Shown: positions 14,235-27,752 of the stretch, piece by piece | Position numbering within the stretch: position 1 is the stretch's first letter | How the letters are laid out: each line of letters starts with the position of its first letter | NCBI RefSeq assembly: GCF_009914755.1 | Contig: NC_060927.1 | Origin: the human T2T-CHM13v2.0 reference genome, Homo sapiens | Length of the DNA: 64,000 nucleotides | Reading direction: 5' to 3' (one strand) | The notes under the pieces: generated by a model | Databases searched by the model: none | Told to the model about the DNA's origin: nothing | Seen by the model: the letters and a program-made list of their open reading frames with translations, nothing else | Program-made: the position numbers and the translations under genes

Positions 14235-15440
14235 TCGTTATTCATCTGTTTATTCAATGAACATTTATTGCGCACCTACTGTGTGCTAAGGATACCATTC
14301 TAGACTCTGGAAATACAACAGCAAGCAAAATGAACTTGGTTCCTGCCTTTGTGGAGCTAGCTTACATTTTATTAAAAGCAGATAGATAACGAACACAAAC
14401 AAGAATACTTTTACACAGTAATATGTGATATTCAGGGGAGAAAACAGAGGAATATGATATGTGTGATCTTGCTGCTTCTTTAGTTTGGGTAGTCCTAACA
14501 GGGGAAACTGAAGAAGTGATATGTAAACTGAGATTTGACTAAAAGAACAGGAGAGGTGTAGGAAGTCATGGGGAGAATAACAATTCACAGGCCAACTAAA
14601 TAATGTAGAAACAAGACCCAAGGAAGTAACTGGCCTTGCTAGAAGAAGAAAAAGGCCAGCATGGTTGGGAAGGAAGGGAGCAGAAGGGGTAGATACTACG
14701 AGATGAGAGGTCATATCTCTTGAACCTTGTAGGCCAGGATAAGGATTTTCACTTTTTTCTAAATGTGATGGGGGTGGTGGAGTGGGTGGGGGGGTCCTTC
14801 GGAGAATTTTATGTAAAAAGATGTTAACATTTATTTTTATAATTTTGAAGAGGTTCCTCTGTCTGCTGCAGGAAGAATTGACTGTAGTGTGGACAGGAGT
14901 AAGAGTAAGATTGTTGAGTTGGCTGCTGTGTACTCTGAGAGATGTTGGTGACTCAGACAAAATGACAGGGGCGGAAGTGAGGAAAATCGGGTGGATTCTG
15001 AATAAGTTTCACAGTCATTGGAGCTTACGAATGGTCAGGATGGTGTGAGTGTGTTCATGGGTGACAGAAATGGAGGAGTAATAATAATTCCTTGAGCGAT
15101 TCATAGAAGATGATACCATGTACAAAGACAGGGAAGATTGCGGAAATAAAGACTTGTATGGCGAAAACCATGAATTCCATTTTGGTAATGTTGAGTTACT
15201 CTTAGACATTCAAGACACTGTCAAGCAGGCAGGTGGACACAAGACTGAAGTTCCAGAGTAGCTCAGGCTGGAGGCATGCATTTTGGGATCATCAGCATGG
15301 AGGCAGAACCAGCAGGGGTTCACTCAGAAGAATGTGTGGCTGGAACACTCCGTTTTAAGTACTGACGATTTTTTAAGGGCAGGAAGCTTTTGGCAAAGTA
15401 GATGGATGAGTAATGGCTAGTTGGAAGGAAATTAAGAAAA
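14235..15440 (-). mobile_element. L2 LINE 3' fragment
   Basis: Begins ttcatctgtttattcaatgaacatttattgcgcacctactgtgtgc (reverse L2 terminus), then purine-rich L2-like body (ttttggtaatgttgagtt, ttttgggatcatcagcat). Confidence 0.8.
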
Positions 15441-16566
15441 GTATTCCAGAAGACAAGGTAAAAAACACACATTTAAATTAGATGCATTTTAATGCAATGC
15501 TTTCGTGGTAATGATTTCATTATGTAGGAATTCAGGGGAGAATAAAAAAAAACTGTAGGAATTTTCCACATATTAACTCTTAGCAAATATATATCTAGCA
15601 CTTATTATAGATAAGGTGCAATGGGAGAGAAACATGGAGTTATTATATCTGCATTGGAGATAATAGCTGATAGCTAATTTCCCATATTTTTTTCCATGGC
15701 CATCTGATTCTTCAGTCTTATAAGGTACTGATGTATTATGAAATGAAGGAAATTAATCACTATATTTTATTGAGCCATCCGCTGTTGTATGGAAGTCTTA
15801 TTCGACCAAATATTTTAAATATTGAAAAGGAAATAATGGCTATATTAGTATACTTTTGTACCATTTTAAATGATTTTCAATTACTAATAAACACCATCTT
15901 TCATATGACTATTTTTTATAATTGAAAAAAACAACAACAACTGGGACTCTGTGGTAAAAAATAATATGTTTTTAGAACCTGCAATTTAATTATTGGGCTG
16001 CTTAATATTTGAGATCTATTGAAAATATAGAGTGAACTTTTTATTATGCAAATTTATTCAGTTCTAAAAATAACTAAATGATAATAAAACATTCTTTTTT
16101 CTTTACATCATATTACAGTAATGAAGCTGTTACCTCTCAGTATGCATTTTAATGAATTTTAACTAACATTTTAATGAGCCAACATTATTATAGATCCAAG
16201 GATTAGACAAAATTGAATTTACTGGTATTGAGAAAAGTTCACCAAGAGTTATATTGTTTAAAGATGGAATATAATACATTTTATGATAAACCATCAAGTA
16301 TCCTGTATGAAAAATTGTGCTAATGGTTGAATAACATTATATTTATGCTATACATAGATATATTCTTCATCACACTTTAAAAACATTAATGATATTTTTG
16401 TTTTTGTATATTCAATCCATATGAAATATAAAAGACATAGCATATCAAAGAAAATAATATTTTATAATATTAGATTTTTAAAAAAAATTTTCTTTAAGGA
16501 AATCTCTATGAAGTATCATTATAAGTTTTTATTTTTTAAAGGAGGAATCATTTATAATTTTCTTGA

Positions 16567-16863
<297 letters not shown>

Positions 16864-18399
16864 TGATTTACTTACATGAAATAGATTTATACACTCACAA
16901 CTTATAATTTGAGAGAGAAAAATAACTTTTTATAAAATTGATAATTTTGGGTAATAATTGATATTTTAGGTTCTATAGAAGATGTATTAATAACTGTAAG
17001 CCGCTCTCAACTAAAACACAGTTAGTAATACTTGCTCCTTCCTTTAGAACCTCCTCACTCAATATTCTGTTGAGGCACTGAAAGGACCTAAGTCTCAAAT
17101 CAAAAGGTTGTCATCGAATTCGTCTTTATGTCTCTTGTGCCTAGCTCGCAATAGGCCTTCAGTTAATGTTAAATGAAAAGAAATGTCCTTCTCAATAGCA
17201 AAGTTTGTGAATTTTTAGTCTATCTTTGAAAAAAACTCATTAGTTGAATTGTACACTTTGATCAGGCTCAAGTTAAGGCCATGCTTACTAGCATCCTACA
17301 GATATTTTATTGACATTTACATTTCAAAGCACCTAATTGTGGAAAATTGCCATTTGTGTCACTGAATGACTCTTGTAAGAAACCATGTTTCTATACTCTC
17401 TTCGCAACTCTTTGTGTTGAATCCAGTTGGGAAAGACAGTATAATTTGAAAACACTCCGTCAATATACTTTTTCTTTATACATTGAATTTATACATTGGT
17501 AAACATACGTATTAATAAGTAGTTAATACATTTACAGGGTTTTAAAGAAGTATAAAGTAGATGCAGGGAAGTCTTCCTCCCTTATTCTTTACTTTCCAGT
17601 ATTTTTTTTTTCCTGCAAGTGCATTTGTTATTATTAGTTTCTTGTGTGTTCTTTCAGAGATTGTTTTATGTGCATGCAAGCACATTCCAGCATGTTTCTT
17701 TTCCTTTTCTAATTAATTAAAGCATACAATGCATATTCCAAACCCAGCTCTGAAACTCGCTCCTCCAAAAAGCCTTCCTTATGAAAACAAAGTTTCCTCC
17801 ATTTTACCTTACGGCATTTTAAGTATACTTGTCCCCAATAATTCATACTTTCATCTTTCAGTTTGTGGTTTTTGAGTTAGGTATGGTAACTTTCCTAAAT
17901 CTCTTTAGCACCATGAGGGGACCATCTTTCATTGAAATATCTTGTACTCCTAAAGTGTGCTATATAGAGACTGGAACAACATGTGCAGTACATACTTGAA
18001 TTTAAAAAGTGGGTGATTGAGAAATAAAACTCTTCTGTTACCTCACAGAGGTAGTCTCAACAACTAGAGCTGGTTGAAAAGTGAAAAACAAATATCTAAG
18101 TTTGTTATCAATTAAACAGAGCAAAATTAAAGGTCATATTAAAATCAACTTTTAAAATGAACTAGGTAAAACTCACTGGGCAAAATTTATACTTTTAGAT
18201 TGGGAAGAACCATGGATATTAGTACTGTATAACATAAAATAGTACCTCTAAATGTGTTTGTTTTTAGAATTATATTATATATAAATCCCTACTCGCTTAT
18301 TCATAGCGATGATCGCTTTTAGCAATTGCATAGTAATTGATTGACCCCAAGACATTAAGGCCTGAAAAATTTTATATATGGGACAGGGTTATTGAAGAT

Positions 18400-18720
18400 T
18401 ATTATTATTATTGTTATTATTATTATTAGTTTTCTTGAGACAGAGTATCACTCTGTTGCCCAGACTGGAGTGCAGTGGTGCAATCATGTTTCACTGCAGC
18501 CTTGACCACCTGGGCTCAAGCAATCCTCCCACCTCAGCCTCCAAAGTAGCTGTGACTACAGGCGCACACCATTACGCCTGGCTAATTTTTGTATTTTTGG
18601 TGGGGATGGGGTTTCACCATGTTGCCCAAAATGGTCTCGAACTCCTGAGCTCAAGGGATCCCCCGACCTCGTGGCCTGTCAAAGTGCTGGGATTATAGGC
18701 GTCAGCCACCATGCCTGTCC
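18400..18720 (-). mobile_element. Alu (AluJ-like) with tail converted to (TTA)n
   Basis: AluJ diagnostics cactgcagccttgacc..ctgggctcaagcaatcctcccacctcagcc; ttgaagat on both flanks. Confidence 0.92.
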
Positions 18721-21700
18721 TCTTGAAGATCATTAACTATTTGATAGTCAAAGGAATTAAAAATTGACAGCCATTAAACTCATTGAAGATCAGATGCAGA
18801 AGTAAAATTCAAAGTCTTTCTTGTTTACTATACTACTTCTAATTCCTAATAACAGTGATTCTTTTATGAACTACTTCCTTTACTTTTCACTGTACTTTAC
18901 AAAGATCATTTGTTCAGGCTTCATAACAAACCAAAGACAAAGGCTTTTTTTAAACCTTCATTTTACAGATGAAAAAGCTGAAGCTAAAATGGCTGAAGGA
19001 CCTGTAATAATTTAATAATAAAAGTAGATAATCATCTGGATAATAAAAGTAGCAGAACAGAGACAACCGAGGCCATCTGACTAAGCCCATTATCTTTACC
19101 ACAGTGCTGTGTTGCCTTCCTGCCAAATAGTAGTAGCTCCATAAACACTTGTTAAATGGGAGTTCCAAGTCCCTAAGAGGAACTGGCATATGGTGGAGGG
19201 GATTTCGAGTGCATTCCAGAAATAGAGAACAAACTGTGTTTAGGCCCTAAAAAAAGAAAAGAGCGTGTTACATTTCAGGACCTGAAGAAAGGCCTGAGGA
19301 AATGTGGGTTGAATATTATGATTGAAGTGACAAAGAAGAGGCTGTAGAGACAATTTTAGAGGCTAGACTACTTAGAGTTACAGGGGGAGGAAGGGGACTA
19401 TTCAGCCTGAATTTCCTGGAACTGTCCTGCAATAATTATTAATAGTACTTCCTTAGGATTTCAAAAGTGTTAGTTTGGAAGGTAAAATAGAAAGTTATCC
19501 AATTCTTAGGTAATGTTGAAGATTTTTTTTTAATTTCAGAATGAATGAATGCATTTCCTCCTTTGCTACTTGGGATATTAGAAGGAAAATGAAAAGTCTG
19601 TTAGTCCATACTTCATATCCAGCACTTTTATCAACTGAGAGCAACTTCAGTGATTGGTTCTCCAGTGATATATTGAAGACATTTGTCATAAGGCCCTAGC
19701 CCTCTAAAGCAAAGGTCTTTCCTTTAACTAAATATGGGGAAAATATGTCAAGGGCAGTATTAAACATGTGCATTAGAAATTACTGAATCTGTATATAACA
19801 TTTGAGTATTTAGTATCCACTAATTTATTTCAAAAATTATCCCATTTGCCAACTTCAGATTTTTTGGTTGTTGTTGCTGACACTTTAGACAACTTGCCCT
19901 ACATTCACAACAGCCGTAATTTGTTCATCAAGAGTACCGAGAAAACAAGGTTCTAATTTTACTATTTGTAGACAGTTTTTAGAGGGAGTAAGGTTAATAT
20001 GGTGCATGAAAAAAGCCAAAAAGAGATTAAGGCAGTTTGTGAATTTTAGTAATATGGCATAATGAAGTGCCTCGATCATGTCAAAATAATGGAGGTTTCG
20101 TAGACTTTCTGGTAAATCTTATTTATCAAGTTTGGTACCATCCCAGGGAGAGAAACTCAAACCATCTCATGCAGCTAAGTAAGTAGTAACTACAATGTAG
20201 AGATTTGCTTCCTCTCTGCACAGAAAGGAAATGGCTATGATTATTTTTTATCTCCAAGCATTCTGAGAATGAAAGTGTAGTAAGTCCTCAGGCTAGGAGA
20301 AACAGGGTAGCCCAGGGAATAGATATATAGCTAGAGACTCAGAAGGCAGTACTATTTGTTTTCTTACTGCTGAGCACATACTCTATGGATGGTCAAGGTG
20401 ACTCCAGTGTGTATCAGAGGAAAAGAAGGATTTTATTAAAACTCTACTGAAGAAGGCTTCTTTCCAGTTTCAGCTAAGATGTGAAGGTTTGATTAAAGCA
20501 TCCATGAGTTTTAAAATATTTACATACTTTTGGGTAAAACACACATATAATTAATTCTCTTCATGAGAACTCAGTATTACTTATACCTTAAAAAGATACT
20601 CAGTATCTGTTGTTTGATATCAGTTTGTCTTTAGGAATGTAAGAAACTGTGCTTTTCATAAGTAAACAAACATCTTCAAGCACATTGTTCTCCAATCACT
20701 GTCAATGGTGTAATATGAGTTTTCTGAGATAATTTAAATTTGGTATTTAGGATATTTGCATGTATAAAAAGTACTTGGATATGCTCCTTGCTTCCTCTTC
20801 TCCTGCTGAACTGTCAGAAGATGGTGATGCTTTTGAAGATTTATGGTAGATGGGTAATGAGATTGCTGAATGTTAACTACTGCATTTGGAATTCATTTAG
20901 TAGCAAAAGAAAAGAAGGTTACTGGGATTGGGATAGAGTAGAAAAGTGATAGAGCTATTTTTAATCAGTGAATTTAAAAATCAATATGATACGTTCTGAA
21001 TTAGGATACATTTCAAGTCTCTTGTCATGTAGTAATCAAGTAGAACATTTCTTGAAGAATATAGGATGTCAAATTGGATCTAATTCAGCAAAATTCATGA
21101 TAGTGTAGTGCCCATATTTTGTGATGTGGACATATCAAATTTTAATATTGGAAGACTAAGGCTAAAAAATCCACAAGCATGTGGAATATGTTTTTAAAAT
21201 TCAAAATTCGAATATAATCTATTCAGTTAGGCTTTGGTTTATGTTCTGGTGCAAAAGAGGAACATAAACCGTGTACTCTCAAACTGCTCATTTTTGAGTT
21301 TATGGATGATGATGTGATTCATGTGAACCCCCTATCTAGGACCTCCAATGGTTATGGTTACAAAATGTGTTGTTAAAATAGCTAAAATGATGGAAATGGT
21401 GAAATTAGCAGAATCAAGTTGTGAGCCCATAGATATAATTATATTTCTACTCTATTCGGAGATTTGTTGAGTTTCGGGTAGAGGGGAAAGAAAAGATAAA
21501 GCAACAATAGTGTTAAAGTAACTGGCAAAGAAGGTTGACCTTGACCTTCTTTTCCTTTCAACCCTCATTTCATCAGCAGGGGTGAGATTACTTTGAGACC
21601 CTGCCAATAGGTAATAAATAACACATAAATTCCAGGACACCCTTGCACTGTAGGGTGCCCTAATGTGTAATAATCCTTAGACTATTGAGTTTATAACTCA

Positions 21701-22411
21701 TGACATCTGGCAGTTACTTGGCATTGTAATTCATGTTGATCATGCACATCAGAATACACAACAGTAGAGAAATATCGGAGCAATAACACGTTGATACCAG
21801 GAGAGGCTAGAATGACAAGAGATGCTGCTGAAACTGTGTACCTCTGTGAACTGTGCAGTGGAATGCTGTAAAAGCTAATATCTTCAGATAAGGACTAATA
21901 AGGTGGGAGGAGAGAGGCGATCTGTTGGGATCCAGAATAATGCAGCACATTAATATGTACTTGATAACACTCTTTATTTCCTTTATTCAAATGGACAACT
22001 ATAGCTATAAGTCAGTAATGAATCCTGAAATTTGGATTTAAATATATACTTAGATATATTTTAATTTAAAAGTGCATGTAAACAAATGTATTGAATTCAA
22101 ATTTTGTATAAATATATGTAAAAGAGATTTAATAATTTAATTTTTGTTTTCTTTGGTCTAATGGTAAGGGCTAAATGAGGAAGGAATGCAGAGAGTTAGA
22201 GAAAAATGAGAAGCAGTAGGGAAACCAGGCAGGCATTCTACAAAGCACCTGTAACACACCTACCTGGTACCTAGCAGCCTAACTACTTTGTCTGAAGACC
22301 CGAGGCCCATGGGACATGAACCAGACTGAAAAGCTAGAAGCAGACAGATGGTTATTTGTAATCATCCTGTAAATGTAAATTCTTTAAAACTGGTGGGCTT
22401 GCTGGCTTTAT

Positions 22412-22425
22412 CATCTATCTGTCTG

Positions 22426-22473
<48 letters not shown>

Positions 22474-22487
22474 ATCTATCTATCTAT
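22412..22487. repeat. (TATC)n/GATA tetranucleotide microsatellite; 12 perfect units at 22426-22473
   Basis: Read directly from the sequence. Confidence 0.97.
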
Positions 22488-24759
22488 TTATATATCTATA
22501 CCCAAACCCAGATCTAAGAAAAGTAGGAGGCAGTATTATAACCTTAAAACAATCTGGTGTTTCCCCTTGTTACCATCTTAAAAAGCACTAATATAAAAAA
22601 AAAAAAGCCAGCCTGTGTAGTTCTTAATTTTAAGTTGACTGTATTATATCTTCTAATGCCCAAAGTTATAAGCATTGCTTTGAGCAAGCCAAGACAGTTT
22701 TGTCCGAACTGGGCAGGTGCTGAAAGACAGTTGCCTGTGGAGGAGAACAGAATGTGTTGGGAGCATGGTGAGATGGGTTTTTGTTCTGCAGCTGAGCAAG
22801 ACATTGCCTTGAACATGTTTAGGTTAATACTAGCATTTCTAGAAACCATCCTCCTCACATGCTATGTTTGGACACAATCTCTAACTTGATCTGGTTTCTT
22901 TGAGCTTTCTGTGATTTCGGAGACAGCAATGCCACGTGAACAATTCTGTGGGCGATAGCTCTTTAAGGGAGAAAGAAAAGGAACTGATTAAACATTAATC
23001 AGCTTCAATCCACAGCTTCCTCATAAGCTAATGGATAGGCTATGCAGATCCCTGTCAAATATCACATGCTAGGCTTTGCCAAAAATAGGACTTCCAAGTG
23101 TTGAAGGCATGCCAACTGCTGGCTCTTTAACTGCAAACCAAAGCAAATGATTGCCAGAGACAGGCCTAGAGTCTGCCGTGGTCAGATGTCACCAGTTTGC
23201 AGTGCCACATGTGATCCAAGAGTTTATGAATGATCTCAACACTTGGTCCCCAAGGAGAACATATGCATTACAGAGGTTATGGATACAAATTACAGAGAGC
23301 GCGATGTTTCCATGCAATTTCTAAGAATCCTTCAGCAAGTTTTAAACATAAGTGGAAAACATTAAGGAAGACTTGGCACTCTTAGCAGGACTTCAAATTA
23401 TATTGTGGGTGAGGACAGAACACGGCTAAAAAAAGGATTCAAGAATAAAGACTTGGCTAAGAAACTCGAAGCTGGCCATTCCTCCTGTGTGAATTATGTT
23501 TGTGTTTGTGTGTTTTATTCCCTGCAGAATACTAGACTTCACAAAATGCTATGACTTGAAAATGAACAAGTCACAGGGCATTCTTGTTTATTCAACATGC
23601 TCCAATTCCTACCGCTGGTTTATCTGGATCATTTGCTCAGTGAATGTGCCTGTGCACAGAATCTCATTGGAGGTGGGGGTGAGAGCTTCTCATTTTGGAG
23701 TTGTCAGCATGCTACAGGGTGCCAGAGTGTCAGCTTGCACAGCGGCCCCCGGATGTCTCCCCACTGAGTTCTTTCTTTCCCATTCCCCTTCTGTGCAGAA
23801 GAAACCACTTATGACTTATGCCCACATGTTCAGATGTTATTGTCTATTTAACTGGTGGCTAGCCTGCCCATCCTGACCATATTTTGTTCAATTGTACCAA
23901 ATGTAATAAAGTAGTTTCTTGTGAATGACAATCTTTATCAGTTGTTTAGTCATTAAAACTTCAGAAAAATACAGAATTATTATGCGATGTCAGTGGGGAG
24001 CTTCTGGTTGAAAAAGGAAACTTACACTGGCTTAAATATAAAAGGAAACATACCTAGAAAGTCCAGAGTTAGCATAGTTTTCAGAATTAATTTGTCCAGC
24101 CATGTCCTTAAGAGCCCAGATTTTTTTACACTTTGTACATAGCTCCAGTTTCATCCTGAGGATCGGTCTCCCCCTGGGGTCAAAGCGTGGCTGCCACCTA
24201 TAGCCATGTAGTCCAGGAAGAGATAGGGTGCTTTTTTCATGTGCAGAGTAGAAGTTCTGAGCTGCATGCTGGTTGGGGTTACACTCAGTCATTCCCTATG
24301 GTAACTGGTGGTGGTGGTGGTGGCAGTGGTGTTGGTAGGGCTAGGGGAATAATCTGTGGTAGTTTTATGAGTGACCATCATTGTTTTTTCTCTTAGTCCA
24401 TTGGAATAATTTAATATGATATACCTATAATTTGTGCTACCAGTTTTTTTGGCTGACATAAATCTGTTCTATTCCTTGAGTCGTTGATTTCTGACCTTCT
24501 TGAACTGTCTGGCTTTTATTTTACAGATATATGAGTATGTAGATAGGCAAGCCAAGAGGATTCTATTTCTTAAATCCAAACAATTCAAATTGTTCTTCAT
24601 AAATGACATTTTAAAATCAAATTCAAACACTGTGGTCTATTTTATATCATAAAAAAGGGGTGCAGCACACATCTTGAAGGAGAGCACATCAATTCAATCA
24701 ACCAATCGACATTATTTGGTTAACTTTTCTGATACCCTTCAACTAGAGAGCTCTTTGGA

Positions 24760-25250
24760 GGGTTACCCAGTCCAGTTAAGTAGATAAGGAAAGACTTCAG
24801 ATGAGTGAGTCCAAAGTTGACACTGAATGAACAGTATGTACTTCAGAAAGGCACAGGCAAAAGTAAGAGAACAAAGGGACAGCTAGGAGTTACTTGCAGG
24901 CAGAAAGACCATCATATGCCAACTTACAATGATAATTAGGTGTTCCTTCATATCCCTAGGGCATGGAGGTTACAGAAATGTCCCTGATGAGCCTGGAGAT
25001 ATATGCAGGGACCTGGTTCCAAACAACATTTGAAATCATATTAAGGAGAGAATTTTATCTTAAGAGCCATTAAAAAGTGTTAAAAAGGGAATTGACATGA
25101 TCACATTTGCATTTTAGCTAACTCATAATAGCTACAATGGAAAGTTTAAAGGAGAAATTAGAGAAAAAGGTCAAATAGGATATTCTTACAGTAATTCAAG
25201 GAAGATATAAGGACATTCTGAACTAGGGCAGTGGAGAGAGGATGAATAGA
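24760..25250 (-). mobile_element. L2 fragment, degenerate
   Basis: agagccatt...tgacatgatcacatttgcattttag and tgaactagggcagtgg resemble reverse L2. Confidence 0.5.
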
Positions 25251-26225
25251 CCCAGATGATATTGCAAATCAGTGCAGCATAATGACTGTGTATAAATTCT
25301 AGTGTCAGACACACTGGGTTGAAACCCTGTGCTTACCTAACACAATAGATGAGGCTCCAATGACCTATTCTATATCCATGACGCTATCTTTGGCACATAG
25401 TATGTACTCACTAAATTTTAGCTATTATCATAGAACAAGTTATTTTAAAAATAGATTAAAAGTGTCATTATATGTGCCTGTTAATTAATTTTTAAAAGCA
25501 AGTCTAAAAAATTCTTACTGAAAATCAGCACATAATTACATATATTATATATATGGATAAGTAAAGGCTCCTGAGTATGCTTCTATTTATCATAATTTAC
25601 TGAAACTGTATTCATAAACTAAAATGTATGTCATATAAGGAACTGCTTCGGGCTAGAGGTCGGTCTTCTACTGAGAAGTTTGGATGTCATTGTGCCACAT
25701 AACTCCAGCAGTTCTGATACATACACAGAGAGAAAACCTGCCGGCAGGAAAGACTTGTGTTCAGTGTTGTTTGGGTCTCCTGCGGTTTTCAACTGCTGTT
25801 GGCCGTACCTTTCATTACAATTATTTCTTAGATTATCTTTCTCGTAATGTTTAGTTGGTTGTGGATGGTATTCTTTATTCAATGATGTGTGCCAATTCTT
25901 TTATCAGTAACATTTTAGGCTTTACCCTTCTAATAACTTTAGTTGGGATCATGTGCACATTGTGGTTTAGAAATGTATCTTTCAGAAGTCCATTAGTTAT
26001 ACAGTCTCACTTCATTGTCATTGCTAATTTGTTTTAATAAACTAAGATGGAAATGACTAAGTAGTGATTTGCCTAGACTGAGGTTAAAAAAAAATTCTAA
26101 GAACTATTGATTTAAGACAAAACAGAGAGGGTTTGGGGTGGGAAAGGATATGGGATTATAAGGAAGCAGGAGCCAAAGATATAAGCTCTAAAATCACAGC
26201 TGGACATAAAACTTTTTAAAGGCAC

Positions 26226-27154
26226 TCTGTTAGTTACCTATTGCTTCATAACAAATTACTACAAAATTCAGTGGTGACTTGAGTCCTCAAGGGTTTTTGG
26301 ACTGAGGGCCTTGGTTTCTTGCCAGCTGTTGGCTGGAAGCTGACTTCAGATCCTTGCCAAATGGGCTTCTCCATTCTGCAACATGGCACCGTGCATGATC
26401 AGAGAAAGTATATGAAAAGAGAGTAAGAGAGGAGTTCAGACTTTCCCTCTAAAGATTCAATAACTTAGTCTGCTGAAATACACTGACAATAGACATATTA
26501 ACAGGAGAAAAAGGCTACATATTTACTATGCACACATGTGCATAGAAGCCACACAAAATATGAGACTGAAAGAAAGGTCAAATACTTGAAGCTTAATTAT
26601 TCTCCTCATAGAGGAGAGGAAAGTGGGAGACACAGGCAATTTTAGAAGAATAAGTGATTTTTTTGAGGAGATGAATGGGCCTGAAGAACAAAGGGTGGCC
26701 TGGGACAACATTTCCCTGGGCTCTGGGTGCGGTGTCAACTCTGGTCTTTCCTCCTGCAGGATGCGCCAATTTCCCCTGGTTAATGAGATATCTGAGAAAG
26801 GAATTAATTGAATACCTTCTGGAGGACAGCATCTTTAGGTAGACAGGGGATCTTTAGAGAAAGCTCTTTCTTCCATTTGCTACTCACTGGGTGCTCTTAG
26901 TTTAAAGTCTGAAGTGGCGTATTTTGGGGTATCATTTTCTAAGCCACAATGAGAGAGAGAGAGAGAGGGCAAAAACATGAAGGTCACAATCTTTTATAAA
27001 CTGATCTTGGAAGTGGCATCCTACCACTTTGTAACATTCTGTTCATCGAAGGTAAATCGCCAGGTCTAGTTCATGCTCAAGGGGAGGGGATATACAAAGG
27101 GAATAAATAACAGAAGGGAGTGACCATTGGAGAACAGAACAAGGGTCTATCACA
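26226..27154 (-). mobile_element. ERVL-MaLR solo LTR (MLT1F-like), interrupted by an ERV1 LTR at 26424-26951
   Basis: Starts tctgttagttacctattgc (cf. tgtattagttatctattgc), ends gtctatcaca; perfect 5-bp TSD ggcac at 26221-25 and 27155-59. Confidence 0.8.
26424..26951 (-). mobile_element. ERV1 solo LTR, MER34/MER39 group, nested in MLT1
   Basis: tagtctgctgaaatacactgacaatagaca...tattttggggtatcattttctaagccacaa; alignable by eye to the copy at 33705-34427; probable 4-bp TSD agag. Confidence 0.75.
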
Positions 27155-27752
27155 GGCACTGTCATGTCATTCTTGTTAATCTATTTCTTAACCAGTTCAT
27201 AGGAGAGTGTTTGTCACATTACAGCATTCAATACATACTTGCAGAATTTTAATTTGTCAAAAATCTCTATGTCGTAAGGTAGTAATTTAGAATGTTCCAA
27301 TTTTCCAAAATAATTTCCTAAGTCATGGTGCATCCCAATGTAAAAAAACATGCAAATATAATTCAGGTTATATTATGACTAGCTAAGTGAACTATTTATA
27401 TGTGTTTTCCAGCTCACATATGGAAGTGAATATTCGGGTTCTAGCCAATTACATATCCCCCCCACCTCACCCCATGGAGATTTGAAACCCTGTATTCTAA
27501 CTTAGATCTGAAAGCAAGTTCTATATTAGAATGTACCTACCATATCCCTTTTCTTTTTAAATGAAGTTTTAAAAATTCTATTTTTATTTGACAAGCAATC
27601 GTATATATTATATATTTACTGGGTACAATGTACACCTGTTAGAAAAGCTGTTATCTGAAAGATGAAAGATAAATATTGGTAAGGGTGTTGAGAGAAGGGA
27701 ACCCTTGTATATTTTGTTGGGGCTCAGAAACTGATACCCTGAAATATGTCAC

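Noticed and set aside
14286-14960. Longest ORF in the track (224 aa, minus strand)
   Set aside because: Lies inside a decayed L2 3' region; low-complexity L/S/P/F-rich peptide with no recognisable domain; most likely a chance open frame.
24300-24350. (TGG)n G-rich tract as a G-quadruplex
   Set aside because: Mostly GG doublets with only two runs of three or more G; weak support.
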